Shown here piece after piece: positions 1 to 10,039 of a DNA stretch of 64,000 nt. Position 1 is the first letter of the stretch. Each line of letters opens with the position of its first letter. Both the position numbers and the translations under genes were made by a program. The notes under the pieces are model-generated. The model saw nothing but the letters and a program-made list of their open reading frames with translations. It was not told where the DNA came from and ran no database searches. This DNA comes from Bacteroidota bacterium. GTDB lineage: Bacteria; Bacteroidota; Bacteroidia; Bacteroidales; B18-G4. The stretch covers positions 38,380 to 102,379 of the forward strand of contig JAHJRE010000139.1 of assembly GCA_018831055.1 (NCBI GenBank), read 5' to 3'.

Positions 1-52
1 CAGGGTTAGGATTATTGATTTGATGATTATAAACTTAACTAAAATCAACACT

Positions 53-1072
53 ATGAAGAAGATCAACTATTTATTTCTTATTGGTGTGATGGCCCTTTCG
101 GCATCACTGTTACTTGTTTCCTGTGAGAAAGACGAAGAAGAAAGCACGCCAACACCACCTGCGGGACAGGCGTATTCCAATACATCCGACTTGCAGACTA
201 CAGCGGTGGAACTTACCATCCCACGTATCGAGGTTAATCCTGCCAGAGCTACTGACATTAAGCTTTACCTTTCTGTAACCAATCAGGATGGAGCTCCGCT
301 TCAAAACTTTAACCAGTTTAATTTCGTGATCAAACAGGTTTGTGCAGGATCAACGGACAGCGTGGTGGTTGCAAGTGCTTCTTTCGGCACCATTACCCAG
401 CAGGGCAGCAATATTGCCGCTTCTTCCACTATGGATTATTCAGGAAGTATGAGTTCATACGACATCCTGAATATGGAGAATGCTTTGCGTTTCTTCATCA
501 GGGAAAAGCAGGCACTGGATCAGATGGAGATCATCAAGTTTGCTGATGATGTTCAGCGTATGACTGAGTTTACTGCCGATACTACTTTGCTTATTGATGC
601 TGTAAATACCTACGCTCCCGTTGGAACCTACACTTCATTCTATGATGCGGTTTTCATGGGATTGGAAGATGCTGATAACTTCGTAAATACAAATCTGGAT
701 TATCTGCCGGCTGTTCTTGGTTTCACCGATGGCTACGATAATGACTCCTACACTTCTTTCAGTTCCATTGTTTCCACAGCCAATTCATTCCAGATCCCGG
801 TTTACACACTTGGTTTCGGAAATGCTGACTCTGTAACCCTGAGAAACCTTGCTGACCAGACCGGTGGACGTTATTTCTATTCTCCTGATTCCGGTGAACT
901 ACAGGAACTCTATAACATCATCAGCGGTCAGCTGAAGAACCTTTACATTGCAAACTGGGTTTTCAGCCTGAACAATTGTTACGATGGTGTTATTTCTGTA
1001 AAAGTAACTTACACATGCGGTAATGGGACCTTTACAGCTCATGCTATTAAATACTTCGAACCTCTGAAATAG
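53..1072 (+). CDS. vWA (von Willebrand factor A) domain lipoprotein
   Basis: ORF 20..1072. The likely true start is ATG 53, giving MKKINYLFLIGVMALSASLLLVSC (signal peptide plus lipobox Cys). A MIDAS-like D-x-S-x-S motif (MDYSGSMSS) and a later TDGYDN block are typical of vWA domains. Confidence 0.7.
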   Translation: MKKINYLFLIGVMALSASLLLVSCEKDEEESTPTPPAGQAYSNTSDLQTTAVELTIPRIEVNPARATDIKLYLSVTNQDGAPLQNFNQFNFVIKQVCAGSTDSVVVASASFGTITQQGSNIAASSTMDYSGSMSSYDILNMENALRFFIREKQALDQMEIIKFADDVQRMTEFTADTTLLIDAVNTYAPVGTYTSFYDAVFMGLEDADNFVNTNLDYLPAVLGFTDGYDNDSYTSFSSIVSTANSFQIPVYTLGFGNADSVTLRNLADQTGGRYFYSPDSGELQELYNIISGQLKNLYIANWVFSLNNCYDGVISVKVTYTCGNGTFTAHAIKYFEPLK

Positions 1073-1095
1073 ACTTTTTCAGGCTTTTTATTTGG

Positions 1096-1151
1096 CCGCC
1101 ATCAGGGTATTATGTAAGAGTTGTTTTTGATAATACCGGATGGCGGTTTTT
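1096..1151 (+). terminator. Rho-independent terminator candidate after the vWA gene
   Basis: Arms ccgccatc.ggtatta (1096-1112) and taataccggatggcgg (1131-1146) pair with one bulge. TTTTT follows at 1147-1151. Confidence 0.55.
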
Positions 1152-1197
1152 GTCATGTACAGAAGTGTCGGATCAAGATTTTGTTATTGTTTTTAAT

Positions 1198-1241
1198 ACC
1201 CACCCCCTGGCTGCCGGCAGGGAGGGGGCCGGGGGGTGGGT
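1198..1241. repeat. GC-rich nested palindrome
   Basis: acccaccccc...ggggggtgggt outer arms enclose the perfect palindrome ctgccggcag. The element is very GC-rich against AT-rich intergenic DNA. Confidence 0.5.
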
Positions 1242-1342
1242 AATCTCAGAACACCAAACAGTATTTTATGCTAAACTTCAGTTATTTTAACCCAAGACTT
1301 CCATAGATTTAATGATTCTGACATTTGTTAATCCTATTTCCT

Positions 1343-1350
1343 TATTTTTG
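1343..1350 (+). promoter_or_regulatory. Bacteroidota -7 promoter box (TAnnTTTG)
   Basis: TATTTTTG lies 32 bp upstream of ATG 1382. Confidence 0.4.
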
Positions 1351-1381
1351 CCGCTTGATCAAAACTCTAAAACTACTAACA

Positions 1382-2434
1382 ATGAGAAGATATATCCTGG
1401 CAATTGCTATTGTTATAACCGCCCTGACATCCTACGGGCAGATAACCATTACCAGCGCCAATATTGGTGGCCCCGGTGATTCATACCTGATGGCTTACGA
1501 CAATGAGATCCCTCCTCATATTCAGCCCGGCCCGGCTGGTCCTGCACAGACCTGGGATTTTACCTCCCTTACTGCAGACGAGATCGATACGGTTTTATTC
1601 CTCCATCCCGATTCAACTCCCTATGTCGGCTTTTTCCCCGGTACCAATCTTGCAATTTCCCAGAATGATGAAGAAATGTGGGGTTTCCTTGCAAAAAACA
1701 TGCTTGAACTTTCCATTCTTGGGGCCGTCATTCCCGTTCCTGAACTGGGAGTAATGCCGGTCATCCTTGAACCCAAAGATATTATGGCCGACTTTCCGGT
1801 GAACTACCTTGATTCCCTTGAACATTCGTTCAAAGTGGATGTCAGAATAGCCAGTCCTGAACCCGGAATCGACTCCATCCGCTACAAAAGCACAACCTTT
1901 AAAACCAGTATAACAGATGCCTGGGGAACCATGAACCTTCCCATGGGCAGCTATGATGTGCTGAGGGTGAATGAACAAAGGGTGATGGTGGATAGTGTAT
2001 GGACGAAGTTGCTATGGTTTTGGATTTTTGTCAGCAGAACAGTGGATACCATGGAAATGTACTATTGGTGGTCGAACGCACCAGAAGCCGGGTATTACCT
2101 CGCCAGCATGGATGTAGATCCAGGTACAACACAGATCAATACCCTCAGCTTTATGCATAATCCTGAAGTCGGATTATTTGAAAGAAACGATTTTGAAGTC
2201 AATGTATATCCGGTTCCGGTTAGAGATAACCTGCACCTTGAGTTTCCATCAGTCCTCAACGCCAACCTCAGAATAATGAACGCTGCCGGCCAGCTTGTTC
2301 AGGAAGGATCATGGGAGAATGAAAACAAAATAACGGTGAATACCGGTAACCTGCAGGCAGGAGTTTACTTTTATGTGCTTAGGGATGAAACCGGCCGTTT
2401 TCTGCAGTCTGGTAAATTTCTGAAAACAAGGTGA
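1382..2434 (+). CDS. Secreted protein of unknown function with T9SS C-terminal sorting domain
   Basis: ORF 1325..2434. The likely start is ATG 1382 (MRRYILAIAIVITALTSYGQ signal peptide). The C-terminus VYPVPVRDNLHLEF...GVYFYVLRDETGRFLQSGKFLK matches the Por/T9SS CTD pattern. Confidence 0.7.
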   Translation: MRRYILAIAIVITALTSYGQITITSANIGGPGDSYLMAYDNEIPPHIQPGPAGPAQTWDFTSLTADEIDTVLFLHPDSTPYVGFFPGTNLAISQNDEEMWGFLAKNMLELSILGAVIPVPELGVMPVILEPKDIMADFPVNYLDSLEHSFKVDVRIASPEPGIDSIRYKSTTFKTSITDAWGTMNLPMGSYDVLRVNEQRVMVDSVWTKLLWFWIFVSRTVDTMEMYYWWSNAPEAGYYLASMDVDPGTTQINTLSFMHNPEVGLFERNDFEVNVYPVPVRDNLHLEFPSVLNANLRIMNAAGQLVQEGSWENENKITVNTGNLQAGVYFYVLRDETGRFLQSGKFLKTR

Positions 2435-2438
2435 TTTG

Positions 2439-2501
2439 AATCGCAGATCGGAGATCGGAAATGTAAGATCTGCGATCTTCGATCTTCGATCTCCGATCAT
2501 A
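2439..2501. repeat. GATC-core heptanucleotide array with dyad symmetry between convergent genes
   Basis: Nine in-phase 7-mers: AATCGCA GATCGGA GATCGGA AATGTAA GATCTGC GATCTTC GATCTTC GATCTCC GATCATA. 2446-2457 is the perfect reverse complement of 2487-2498. Confidence 0.75.
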
Positions 2502-4586
2502 TCATATTCCCATTTGCATTGCCACGATTTCTGCAATGTCATAGTTCTTCATCGACTCTTCCCTGTTTTTGTATTTGATGCCGTCGGTCATCATTACCAT
2601 GCAGAAGGGGCAGGCTGTTGCAATAATATTGGCGCTGGTTTCGAGCACATCTTCCATGCGTTCCAGGAAAACTTCCTTGTTTCCTTTTTCGGCTTCCTTG
2701 AACATCTGTCCTCCCCCGGCACCGCAGCAAAGGGCAAAGCTTTTCGTGCGCTTCATTTCCTTTAAATTACAGCCCATGCTTTTCAACACCTCACGGGGTG
2801 CATCGTATTCATCGTTTGCCCTGCCGAGATAACAGGGATCGTGGAAGGTAACAAGGTCGCCGGAGAATTTGCCATTACCGCTATGAATTACGCCTTTCCT
2901 GATAAGATCTTCCAGGAAACGGCTGTGATGGATCACCTCAAAATCTCCACCCAGATCGGGATATTCGTTTTTAAAGGTATTGTAGTCGTGGGGACAGCAG
3001 GTGACAATCTTTTTAACCCCATAGGCCTTCATTAACTCGATGTTCATCATGGCCTGCATCTGGAATAGCATTTCATTTCCGGCTCTTCTGGCTACATCTC
3101 CGCTATCGGTTTCTTCTGTCCCCAGCACGGCATAATCAATATTCAGATGATTGAGTATCTTGACAAACTCACGGGTCACTTTCTTGTAACGGTCGTCGAA
3201 AGCCCCTGCCGAGCCAACCCAGAAAAGATACTCCGGGGTCTTCCCTTCGGTTTGCAGCTGTGCCATGACCGGCACCTGCAAGCCTGCATCTTCAGCCCAT
3301 TTCATCCTGTCATCAGGAGAGAACTGCCAGGGGGCACCGTTGTTCTCAATATTGGTAAATATGGAATTCAGCTCACCCGGTCCTTTTGATTCCTCCATTA
3401 CCAGGTATCGTCGCATATCGACAATCAGAGTAGGGTGGTTGATGTTGATCGGACATTCCTGGGTGCAGGCATTACACGTTGTACATGCCCACAACTCTTC
3501 CTCGGTGATGAAATCACGGATAAGCGACTTGCCATCACTAAAGGATTCATCATTGACAAGCCCGGGACCTTTTTCCTTCATGCGTGCCCGTACATCCATG
3601 ATGATCTTCCTGGGTGAAAGCTTTTTACCGGTAATATTTGCCGGACATACCGCAGTGCATCTCCCGCATTCGGTGCAGGAAAGCGAATCGAGATAATTTT
3701 TCCAGGTGATGTCTTCCACATCCAGAACTCCAAACCTTTTCACAGGAGCCGCTTCATCTCCTGAAGGTTCTGCGTAAGCTGTGCTGGGGTCCATCATCAG
3801 CTTTACTTCTTTAGTGATCTCCGGCATGTTATATAGATACCCCAGTGGTTCCAAACGGCTCAGGAAAACGTTGGGAACCGACATGAACACATGAAAATGT
3901 TTTGAATAGGGGAGAATATTGGCAAAAAGGAAGATCCAGACAATATGTGCCCACCAGTTGATCTCATGCCAAAGAAAAGCAGAATGTTCCGGTAAACCTC
4001 CAAACCAGCCAGCGATAACAGCACTTATTGGAAACGTTCCATGTATGGTTTCGTCATGGGCTTCCGATAAAAGAATGTAAAAGGTGTTCATTCCCAGGAG
4101 CGAAACCATGAGCAGGAATATCAGGGTCAGCGCAAAGTTCGCATCCATATGCGAAGTATGCTTCATCTCCGCCCCGGTGAAACGCTTAATATGCATAAAA
4201 ATCCTGCGGAATAAAAAGGCCAGGATCAAAACCAGGATGATAAAAGCAAAGATATCACCGCTGGCAGTGATTACGTCATAAACAGGGCCAAGAACCGATA
4301 GAACCCTGTCTGTCCCCACCAACCCGTCGATAATCATTTCAATGCTGCCTATCAGAATGATGATAAAACCCCACCAAACCAGGGCATGCATCAGTCCTAT
4401 CACCGGCTTTCTCAATATCTTGGTTTGCCCGAAGGCCACCTTCAGCATGATCATGAACCGCTTCCCGAAGTTTTTGACAGGAAAGGGCCTGGTTAACCTG
4501 AAGAAACGATAATAACGGTAAGCTGTGTAAAAGAAAATGATCAGGGTGATCATTAATACCAGGGCGAAGACTATCTGTTTTGCCAT
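2502..4586 (-). CDS. Membrane-anchored (Fe-S)-binding oxidoreductase, HdrD/GlpC-like with CCG domains
   Basis: The N-terminal half is multi-TM. It has two ferredoxin-type motifs (CTECGRCTAVCP and CTTCNACTQECP). Cys-rich CCG-type blocks lie in the C-terminal half (CCPHDY, HDPCYLGR, CCGAGGG, ACPFCMVMM). Confidence 0.8.
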   Translation of the reverse strand: MAKQIVFALVLMITLIIFFYTAYRYYRFFRLTRPFPVKNFGKRFMIMLKVAFGQTKILRKPVIGLMHALVWWGFIIILIGSIEMIIDGLVGTDRVLSVLGPVYDVITASGDIFAFIILVLILAFLFRRIFMHIKRFTGAEMKHTSHMDANFALTLIFLLMVSLLGMNTFYILLSEAHDETIHGTFPISAVIAGWFGGLPEHSAFLWHEINWWAHIVWIFLFANILPYSKHFHVFMSVPNVFLSRLEPLGYLYNMPEITKEVKLMMDPSTAYAEPSGDEAAPVKRFGVLDVEDITWKNYLDSLSCTECGRCTAVCPANITGKKLSPRKIIMDVRARMKEKGPGLVNDESFSDGKSLIRDFITEEELWACTTCNACTQECPININHPTLIVDMRRYLVMEESKGPGELNSIFTNIENNGAPWQFSPDDRMKWAEDAGLQVPVMAQLQTEGKTPEYLFWVGSAGAFDDRYKKVTREFVKILNHLNIDYAVLGTEETDSGDVARRAGNEMLFQMQAMMNIELMKAYGVKKIVTCCPHDYNTFKNEYPDLGGDFEVIHHSRFLEDLIRKGVIHSGNGKFSGDLVTFHDPCYLGRANDEYDAPREVLKSMGCNLKEMKRTKSFALCCGAGGGQMFKEAEKGNKEVFLERMEDVLETSANIIATACPFCMVMMTDGIKYKNREESMKNYDIAEIVAMQMGI

Positions 4587-4743
4587 ATGCTGAAAGTGTT
4601 AATAATGAATTGGTTGTACTGCTTTATTCTTACGCAATGATAAGAATTTAATCATTTAGAATAAAAATAAATTGCATGTGTTTTCATGCGGCAAATCAAT
4701 GTTATTCAGGCTATGAACCTTATGACCTGAAAAGAATTATCCA

Positions 4744-4751
4744 TATATTTG
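4744..4751 (+). promoter_or_regulatory. Bacteroidota -7 promoter box (TAnnTTTG)
   Basis: TATATTTG lies 24 bp upstream of the icmF ATG at 4775. Confidence 0.45.
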
Positions 4752-4774
4752 CCTGATAACACGATCGTACTATT

Positions 4775-7700
4775 ATGCAGAATCCGAGGATTTTCAAACC
4801 CAAAAACCACATCCGCATTGTTACGGCTGCTTCGCTTTTCGACGGACATGACGCGGCGATCAACATTTTTCGCAGGATCATTCAATCCACCGGTGCCGAG
4901 GTAATACATCTTGGTCACGACCGTTCGGTGCAGGAAATCGTTGATACTGCCATACAGGAGGATGCGCAGGCCGTTGCCATCACGTCTTATCAGGGAGGGC
5001 ATATTGAGTATTTCAAGTACATGCATGATCTTTTCAGGGATGCCGGTTACGGCCATATCCGGATATTTGGCGGCGGTGGCGGGGTGATCCTCCCGGAGGA
5101 GATGGATGAACTGCACGACTATGGCATCACCAGGATTTATTCACCGGATGACGGCCGGCATATGGGTTTGCAGGGTATGATCAATGATCTGATGGAGAAA
5201 TCGGATTTTCCTACAGGAAAGGACATTAAGGTATCCATGGATGACATTCGCAGGAAAGACGTTGGAGCTATAGCACGGTTGATCTCCGCAGCTGAGAATT
5301 TCCCGGAGGAGATTGGCGATATCCTGGAATCTATCAGGAATTATGAAAGAAAATCACCTGTATTGGGTATTACCGGTACAGGCGGTTCAGGTAAATCATC
5401 CATGGTGGATGAGATCGTTCGCCGTTATCTTGCCGATTTCCCAGTAAAAACGATTGCCATCATCTCCGTGGATCCTTCAAAACGTAAAACCGGCGGAGCT
5501 TTGCTTGGTGACCGCATACGCATGAACTCCATCCACGATTCCCGGGTGTTTATGCGTTCCCTGGCTACCCGGCAGAGTAACCTGGCCATGTCGAAATACG
5601 TGAAAGACGCTGAATCCATCCTGCAGGTGGCCGGTTATGACCTTATCATCCTGGAAACTTCAGGCATTGGGCAGTCCGATACCGAGATCATCGACCACAG
5701 CAACCTTTCGATGTATGTCATGACTCCTGATTACGGTGCTGCCACTCAATTGGAAAAGATCGACATGCTTGATTTTGCCGATATCATCGCCCTTAATAAA
5801 TTTGATAAACAGGGTGCTTTGGATGCACTACGTGACGTCAAAAAGCAATACCAGCGTAACCATCAGCTCTGGGATCAGGATCCGGATACCATGCCTGTAT
5901 ACGGTACCATTGCATCACAGTTCAACGATCCCGGCGTAAATCAGCTTTACCGCGGGCTAATGGATAAGATCCGGGAAAAGACAGGCGTTGATTTTCACTC
6001 CAGCCTGGAGGTTCCTGAGGAGATGTCGGAAAAAATATATATTATTCCACCGCGCCGCGTAAGATATCTATCGGAAATCAGCGATACAGTGAGGAATTAC
6101 AATTCCTGGGCTTTAAAGCAAGCGGAAATCGCCGGGAAACTTTACGCCATTAAACAAACTGCCACAGAACTGAAGTCAGAGAAAGATGATACGGCAAGCC
6201 TCACAGCTAAACTGGAAGACCTTTACGACAAAACGGGCCTTGACCTGGATCCCCGCAACCGGGAGATCCTGGAAAAATGGGAAGATAAAAAAGCAGCTTA
6301 TGCAAAAGACGAGTTTGTTTTTGGCGTCAGAGAGCATGAGGTCCGTGTAACAACGTTTTCCGAATCGCTCTCCCATACCCGTGTTCCAAAGGTCATACTC
6401 CCGCAGTCGAAAAACTGGGAGGAGATCATGTTTTATGTGCTCCGGGAAAACGTCCCCGGAGAGTTTCCCTTTGCAGCCGGAGTTTTTCCCTTTAAGCGTG
6501 AAGGTGAGGATCCCATAAGGATGTTCGCCGGTGAAGGCGGACCCGAACGTACCAACAAGCGTTTCCATTATCTTTCGCTAGGCATGCCAGCCCGCCGTTT
6601 ATCAACTGCCTTCGATTCGGTTACCCTGTATGGCCGCGATCCCGATATCAGACCGGACATTTATGGGAAAATAGGCAATTCAGGCGTTTCCATTTGCTGC
6701 CTCGATGATGCAAAAAAACTCTATTCGGGATTCAACCTTGCCGAACCCAAAACATCCGTGTCGATGACCATCAACGGTCCGGCACCCGCGATGGTGGGTT
6801 TCTTCATGAACGCTGCCATTGACCAGCAATGCGAGATATATATCCGCAATAACGGCATGGAAAAGGAAATCACAGATAAAATTGAGAAGATGTATCGCGA
6901 TCGTGGCACGCTTAGGCCCCAATACCAGGGTAAACTGCCTAAGGGCAACGATGGACTCGGCCTCTTCCTCCTTGGCGTGACCGGCGACCAGGTGCTTCCT
7001 GCGGATATTTATCATAAGATCAAAGAAGATACCATTTGCCGTGTGAGAGGGACCGTTCAGGCCGACATCCTGAAAGAAGACCAGGCACAGAACACCTGTA
7101 TTTTCTCTACCGACTTCGCACTTAAGATGATGGGCGATGTACAGGAATATTTTACTCTCAATAATGTCAGAAACTTCTACTCGGTTTCCATTTCAGGATA
7201 TCATATTGCGGAAGCAGGTGCCAACCCCATTTCGCAGCTTGCCTTTACCCTTGCAAACGGGTTTACTTACGTGGAGTATTACCTATCACGAGGGATGAAT
7301 ATCAATGAATTTGCACCCAACCTCTCATTTTTCTTTTCTAACGGGATAGATCCTGAATACAGCGTGATCGGCCGTGTAGCCAGGCTTATCTGGGCCAAGG
7401 CCATGAAGCTAAAATACGGTGCCAACGACCGCTCACAAAAACTGAAATACCATATCCAGACTTCCGGCCGTTCGCTGCATGCCCAGGAAATAGAATTCAA
7501 CGATATCCGGACTACCCTTCAGGCGTTGTATGCTATTTATGATAACTGTAATTCGTTGCATACCAATGCTTACGATGAGGCCATCACTACTCCTACCGAA
7601 GAATCTGTGCGCAGGGCCGTTGCCATTCAGATGATCATTAACCATGAACTCGGACTGGCTAAGAACCAGAATCCATTGCAAGGTTCATACATAATCAGGG

Positions 7701-8146
7701 AACTTACCGACCTTGTTGAAGAGGCGGTTCTGAGTGAATTCGACCGCATTACCGAGAGGGGAGGAGTACTCGGTGCCATGGAATCTATGTATCAGAGAAG
7801 CAAGATACAGGAAGAGTCCCTTTATTACGAAACCATGAAGCATACCGGAAAGCTTCCCATCATGGGAGTTAATACCTTCCTGTCGAGCGAAGGTTCACCG
7901 ACCACTATCCCTGGTGAAGTGATACGAGCTACACCCGAGGAGAAGGAATACCAGATTTCCATGCTGGAAGAGCTGCATAAAACCTATCATAAGGAGGCAG
8001 ATCAATGGCTTCACGAGCTTCAACTGAAAGCTGTCCATAACCGGAATATCTTCGAAGGCATCATGGAAGCCTCGAAATACTGTTCCATTGGACAAATATC
8101 CAATGCTCTGTTTGAAGTGGGAGGGAAATACCGTAGAAATATGTAA
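4775..8146 (+). CDS. icmF: Fused isobutyryl-CoA mutase (B12-binding domain, MeaB-like GTPase, mutase catalytic domain)
   Basis: 1123 aa. The N-terminal B12-binding block is [15 protein letters not shown]. The central P-loop G-domain has [12 protein letters not shown] and NKFD. The C-terminal region is an acyl-CoA mutase TIM-barrel-like segment. Order and length fit IcmF. Confidence 0.85.
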   Translation: MQNPRIFKPKNHIRIVTAASLFDGHDAAINIFRRIIQSTGAEVIHLGHDRSVQEIVDTAIQEDAQAVAITSYQGGHIEYFKYMHDLFRDAGYGHIRIFGGGGGVILPEEMDELHDYGITRIYSPDDGRHMGLQGMINDLMEKSDFPTGKDIKVSMDDIRRKDVGAIARLISAAENFPEEIGDILESIRNYERKSPVLGITGTGGSGKSSMVDEIVRRYLADFPVKTIAIISVDPSKRKTGGALLGDRIRMNSIHDSRVFMRSLATRQSNLAMSKYVKDAESILQVAGYDLIILETSGIGQSDTEIIDHSNLSMYVMTPDYGAATQLEKIDMLDFADIIALNKFDKQGALDALRDVKKQYQRNHQLWDQDPDTMPVYGTIASQFNDPGVNQLYRGLMDKIREKTGVDFHSSLEVPEEMSEKIYIIPPRRVRYLSEISDTVRNYNSWALKQAEIAGKLYAIKQTATELKSEKDDTASLTAKLEDLYDKTGLDLDPRNREILEKWEDKKAAYAKDEFVFGVREHEVRVTTFSESLSHTRVPKVILPQSKNWEEIMFYVLRENVPGEFPFAAGVFPFKREGEDPIRMFAGEGGPERTNKRFHYLSLGMPARRLSTAFDSVTLYGRDPDIRPDIYGKIGNSGVSICCLDDAKKLYSGFNLAEPKTSVSMTINGPAPAMVGFFMNAAIDQQCEIYIRNNGMEKEITDKIEKMYRDRGTLRPQYQGKLPKGNDGLGLFLLGVTGDQVLPADIYHKIKEDTICRVRGTVQADILKEDQAQNTCIFSTDFALKMMGDVQEYFTLNNVRNFYSVSISGYHIAEAGANPISQLAFTLANGFTYVEYYLSRGMNINEFAPNLSFFFSNGIDPEYSVIGRVARLIWAKAMKLKYGANDRSQKLKYHIQTSGRSLHAQEIEFNDIRTTLQALYAIYDNCNSLHTNAYDEAITTPTEESVRRAVAIQMIINHELGLAKNQNPLQGSYIIRELTDLVEEAVLSEFDRITERGGVLGAMESMYQRSKIQEESLYYETMKHTGKLPIMGVNTFLSSEGSPTTIPGEVIRATPEEKEYQISMLEELHKTYHKEADQWLHELQLKAVHNRNIFEGIMEASKYCSIGQISNALFEVGGKYRRNM

Positions 8147-8167
8147 CTTAACGTTAATTTCAGATTT

Positions 8168-8779
8168 ATGTCACATTGGTTGGAAGAAGCCGAAAAGCGC
8201 CAGGATAGCAAGCTTAAGAAGGAAGACTTCAAAAAGATTGTTGAATACCGGAGAACGCGCATTCGTGAAAATTTCCGAAGACATGGAGAGGCTTACAATG
8301 TTTTCCGTGAAAAGATTGCCGGTCTTGTTGACAGGGTGAATGCCCTTCCTGCAAAGGAGAGAGAGCCTTTTGGTAAGATCACCCTTAAAATAAAAGATTC
8401 TAAGCTAAAAAACCAGTTTTATTTTCTGCGTACCAGCCTTCGACAACAAAGACTTGAATGGCATGGATTTAAGAGCTTAATCAAACCGACTCACTATAAG
8501 CATGTTCGTGCTCTTTACTTTTCTTTATCAACTCATGATGGGTTCATTCACATTGAACTCAGTGAACATGCTTTGCGCCGGGAGCGAATTACCGATGAGA
8601 CACATGATCGGGGAAAAGGTCAGGAAGGGCAAAAGGAAAAGAACCGGCATCATTTTATGTATCGTTATGAGATTGCCCGCCTGGATGAGCCTACTGCACT
8701 TCAGATTATAGACTGGCTGACTTTCCATGTTGAAAAAGAAAGCCTTCCATTTACCAGGAAGGAATTCCTGATCAGGTAA
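8168..8779 (+). CDS. Hypothetical basic protein
   Basis: 203-aa ORF with an ATG start, rich in Lys, Arg and Glu. I recognise no motif. Its 3' end overlaps the hflX 3' end by 8 nt. Confidence 0.45.
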   Translation: MSHWLEEAEKRQDSKLKKEDFKKIVEYRRTRIRENFRRHGEAYNVFREKIAGLVDRVNALPAKEREPFGKITLKIKDSKLKNQFYFLRTSLRQQRLEWHGFKSLIKPTHYKHVRALYFSLSTHDGFIHIELSEHALRRERITDETHDRGKGQEGQKEKNRHHFMYRYEIARLDEPTALQIIDWLTFHVEKESLPFTRKEFLIR

Positions 8780-9989
8780 ACATATCCTCAGGATCTTTGT
8801 ATAGAAGATTATCGTAAGGCCAGCGTTTGAGGTGCAGTTCTTTTACCTTGTTATATAAGAGCATTTTAAAGCTATCGATGTTTTGTTTCTGCTTTGCGGA
8901 GATAAAGATACAAGGATCATGGTCTCTTGCCATCCATGTGGCTTTCAGGTCATCAAGCGAGTAGTTGGCTTTGGTAAGGGGGCCCAGGTCGTATGGGTCT
9001 TTTTCCAGGAAAGAGTAAGCATCAATCTTATTGAAAACCATGTAAACAGGTTTGTCAATCACACCGATTTCCGCCAGCGTTTGCCGCACCACACGGATAT
9101 GGTCTTCAAATTCAGGATGGGATATATCCACTACATGCAAGAGGATATCTGCTTCCCTGACTTCATCGAGTGTCGATTTGAAGGATTCGATCAGGCTGTG
9201 GGGCAGTTTTCGGATAAAGCCGACGGTATCGGAGAGCAAAAAGGGGAGGTTTCCAATTACAACTTTCCTGACGGTAGTATCCAGGGTGGCGAAGAGTTTA
9301 TTTTCCTCGAGCACATCGGATTTGCTGATAAGGTTCATTATGGTTGATTTACCGGTATTGGTATATCCAACCAGGGCAACCCTGATGAGACTTTTCCGGT
9401 GTTTGCGCTGAGTGGTCTTCTGACGGTCTATCTCTTCCAGCTTGGTTTTTAACAGGGCAATGCGCTCACGGATGATGCGGCGGTCGGTTTCAATCTCTTT
9501 CTCACCAGGCCCTTTCAAGCCTATGCCGCCCTTCTGCTTGGAGAGATGGGTCCACATCCTGGTTAGTCTGGGCAGGAGGTACTCGTATTGTGCAAGTTCC
9601 ACCTGCGTTTTTGCATGGGAGGTCCGGGCCCTGCTTGCAAAGATATCCAGGATGAGGTTGTTACGGTCAAGGATCTTGCATTGCAAATCTTTTTCGATGT
9701 TCCTGATTTGAGAAGGACTCAGTTCATCGTCGAAAATAGCCATATCGATCTCGTTGTTTGTAACGAAATTTTTTATTTCCGCCAGTTTTCCCGAGCCAAC
9801 GAAAGTGCGGGAGTCCCGAATGGGTAAAATCTGAGTAAACTGCTTAACGGTTATTCCTCCTGCTGTGTCAAGCAGGAAAGCCAATTCGTTGAGGTGTTCC
9901 TGAAGTTTTCCCCGTTCTTCACGCGTTGTGGCTATCCCGATAAGGATGGCTCTTTCCTTGATTTTTTTTGTACTGATAGGTTCCGGCAA
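8772..9989 (-). CDS. hflX: GTPase HflX
   Basis: The HflX N-terminal domain is followed by G motifs GYTNTGKST, DTVGF and NKID. The start appears to be TTG. Confidence 0.9.
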   Translation of the reverse strand: MPEPISTKKIKERAILIGIATTREERGKLQEHLNELAFLLDTAGGITVKQFTQILPIRDSRTFVGSGKLAEIKNFVTNNEIDMAIFDDELSPSQIRNIEKDLQCKILDRNNLILDIFASRARTSHAKTQVELAQYEYLLPRLTRMWTHLSKQKGGIGLKGPGEKEIETDRRIIRERIALLKTKLEEIDRQKTTQRKHRKSLIRVALVGYTNTGKSTIMNLISKSDVLEENKLFATLDTTVRKVVIGNLPFLLSDTVGFIRKLPHSLIESFKSTLDEVREADILLHVVDISHPEFEDHIRVVRQTLAEIGVIDKPVYMVFNKIDAYSFLEKDPYDLGPLTKANYSLDDLKATWMARDHDPCIFISAKQKQNIDSFKMLLYNKVKELHLKRWPYDNLLYKDPEDMFT

Positions 9990-10039
9990 GGTATGCTTAT
10001 TACTATAATAACAAGTGGGAAGGCAGATTGTTGATTGTC

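Noticed and set aside
4587-4774. Possible cobalamin riboswitch upstream of the B12-dependent icmF gene
   Set aside because: The 188-bp region is AT-rich. It has no B12-box-like GCCACTG core and none of the GC-rich paired elements such riboswitches need. A -7 promoter box only 24 bp from the ATG leaves no room for an aptamer.
8168-8779. Basic 203-aa protein overlapping the hflX 3' end, considered as a toxin-antitoxin or HflX partner
   Set aside because: The genes are convergent, not co-transcribed, and overlap by only 8 nt of 3' ends. No toxin, antitoxin or nucleic-acid-binding motif is recognisable. I left it as hypothetical.
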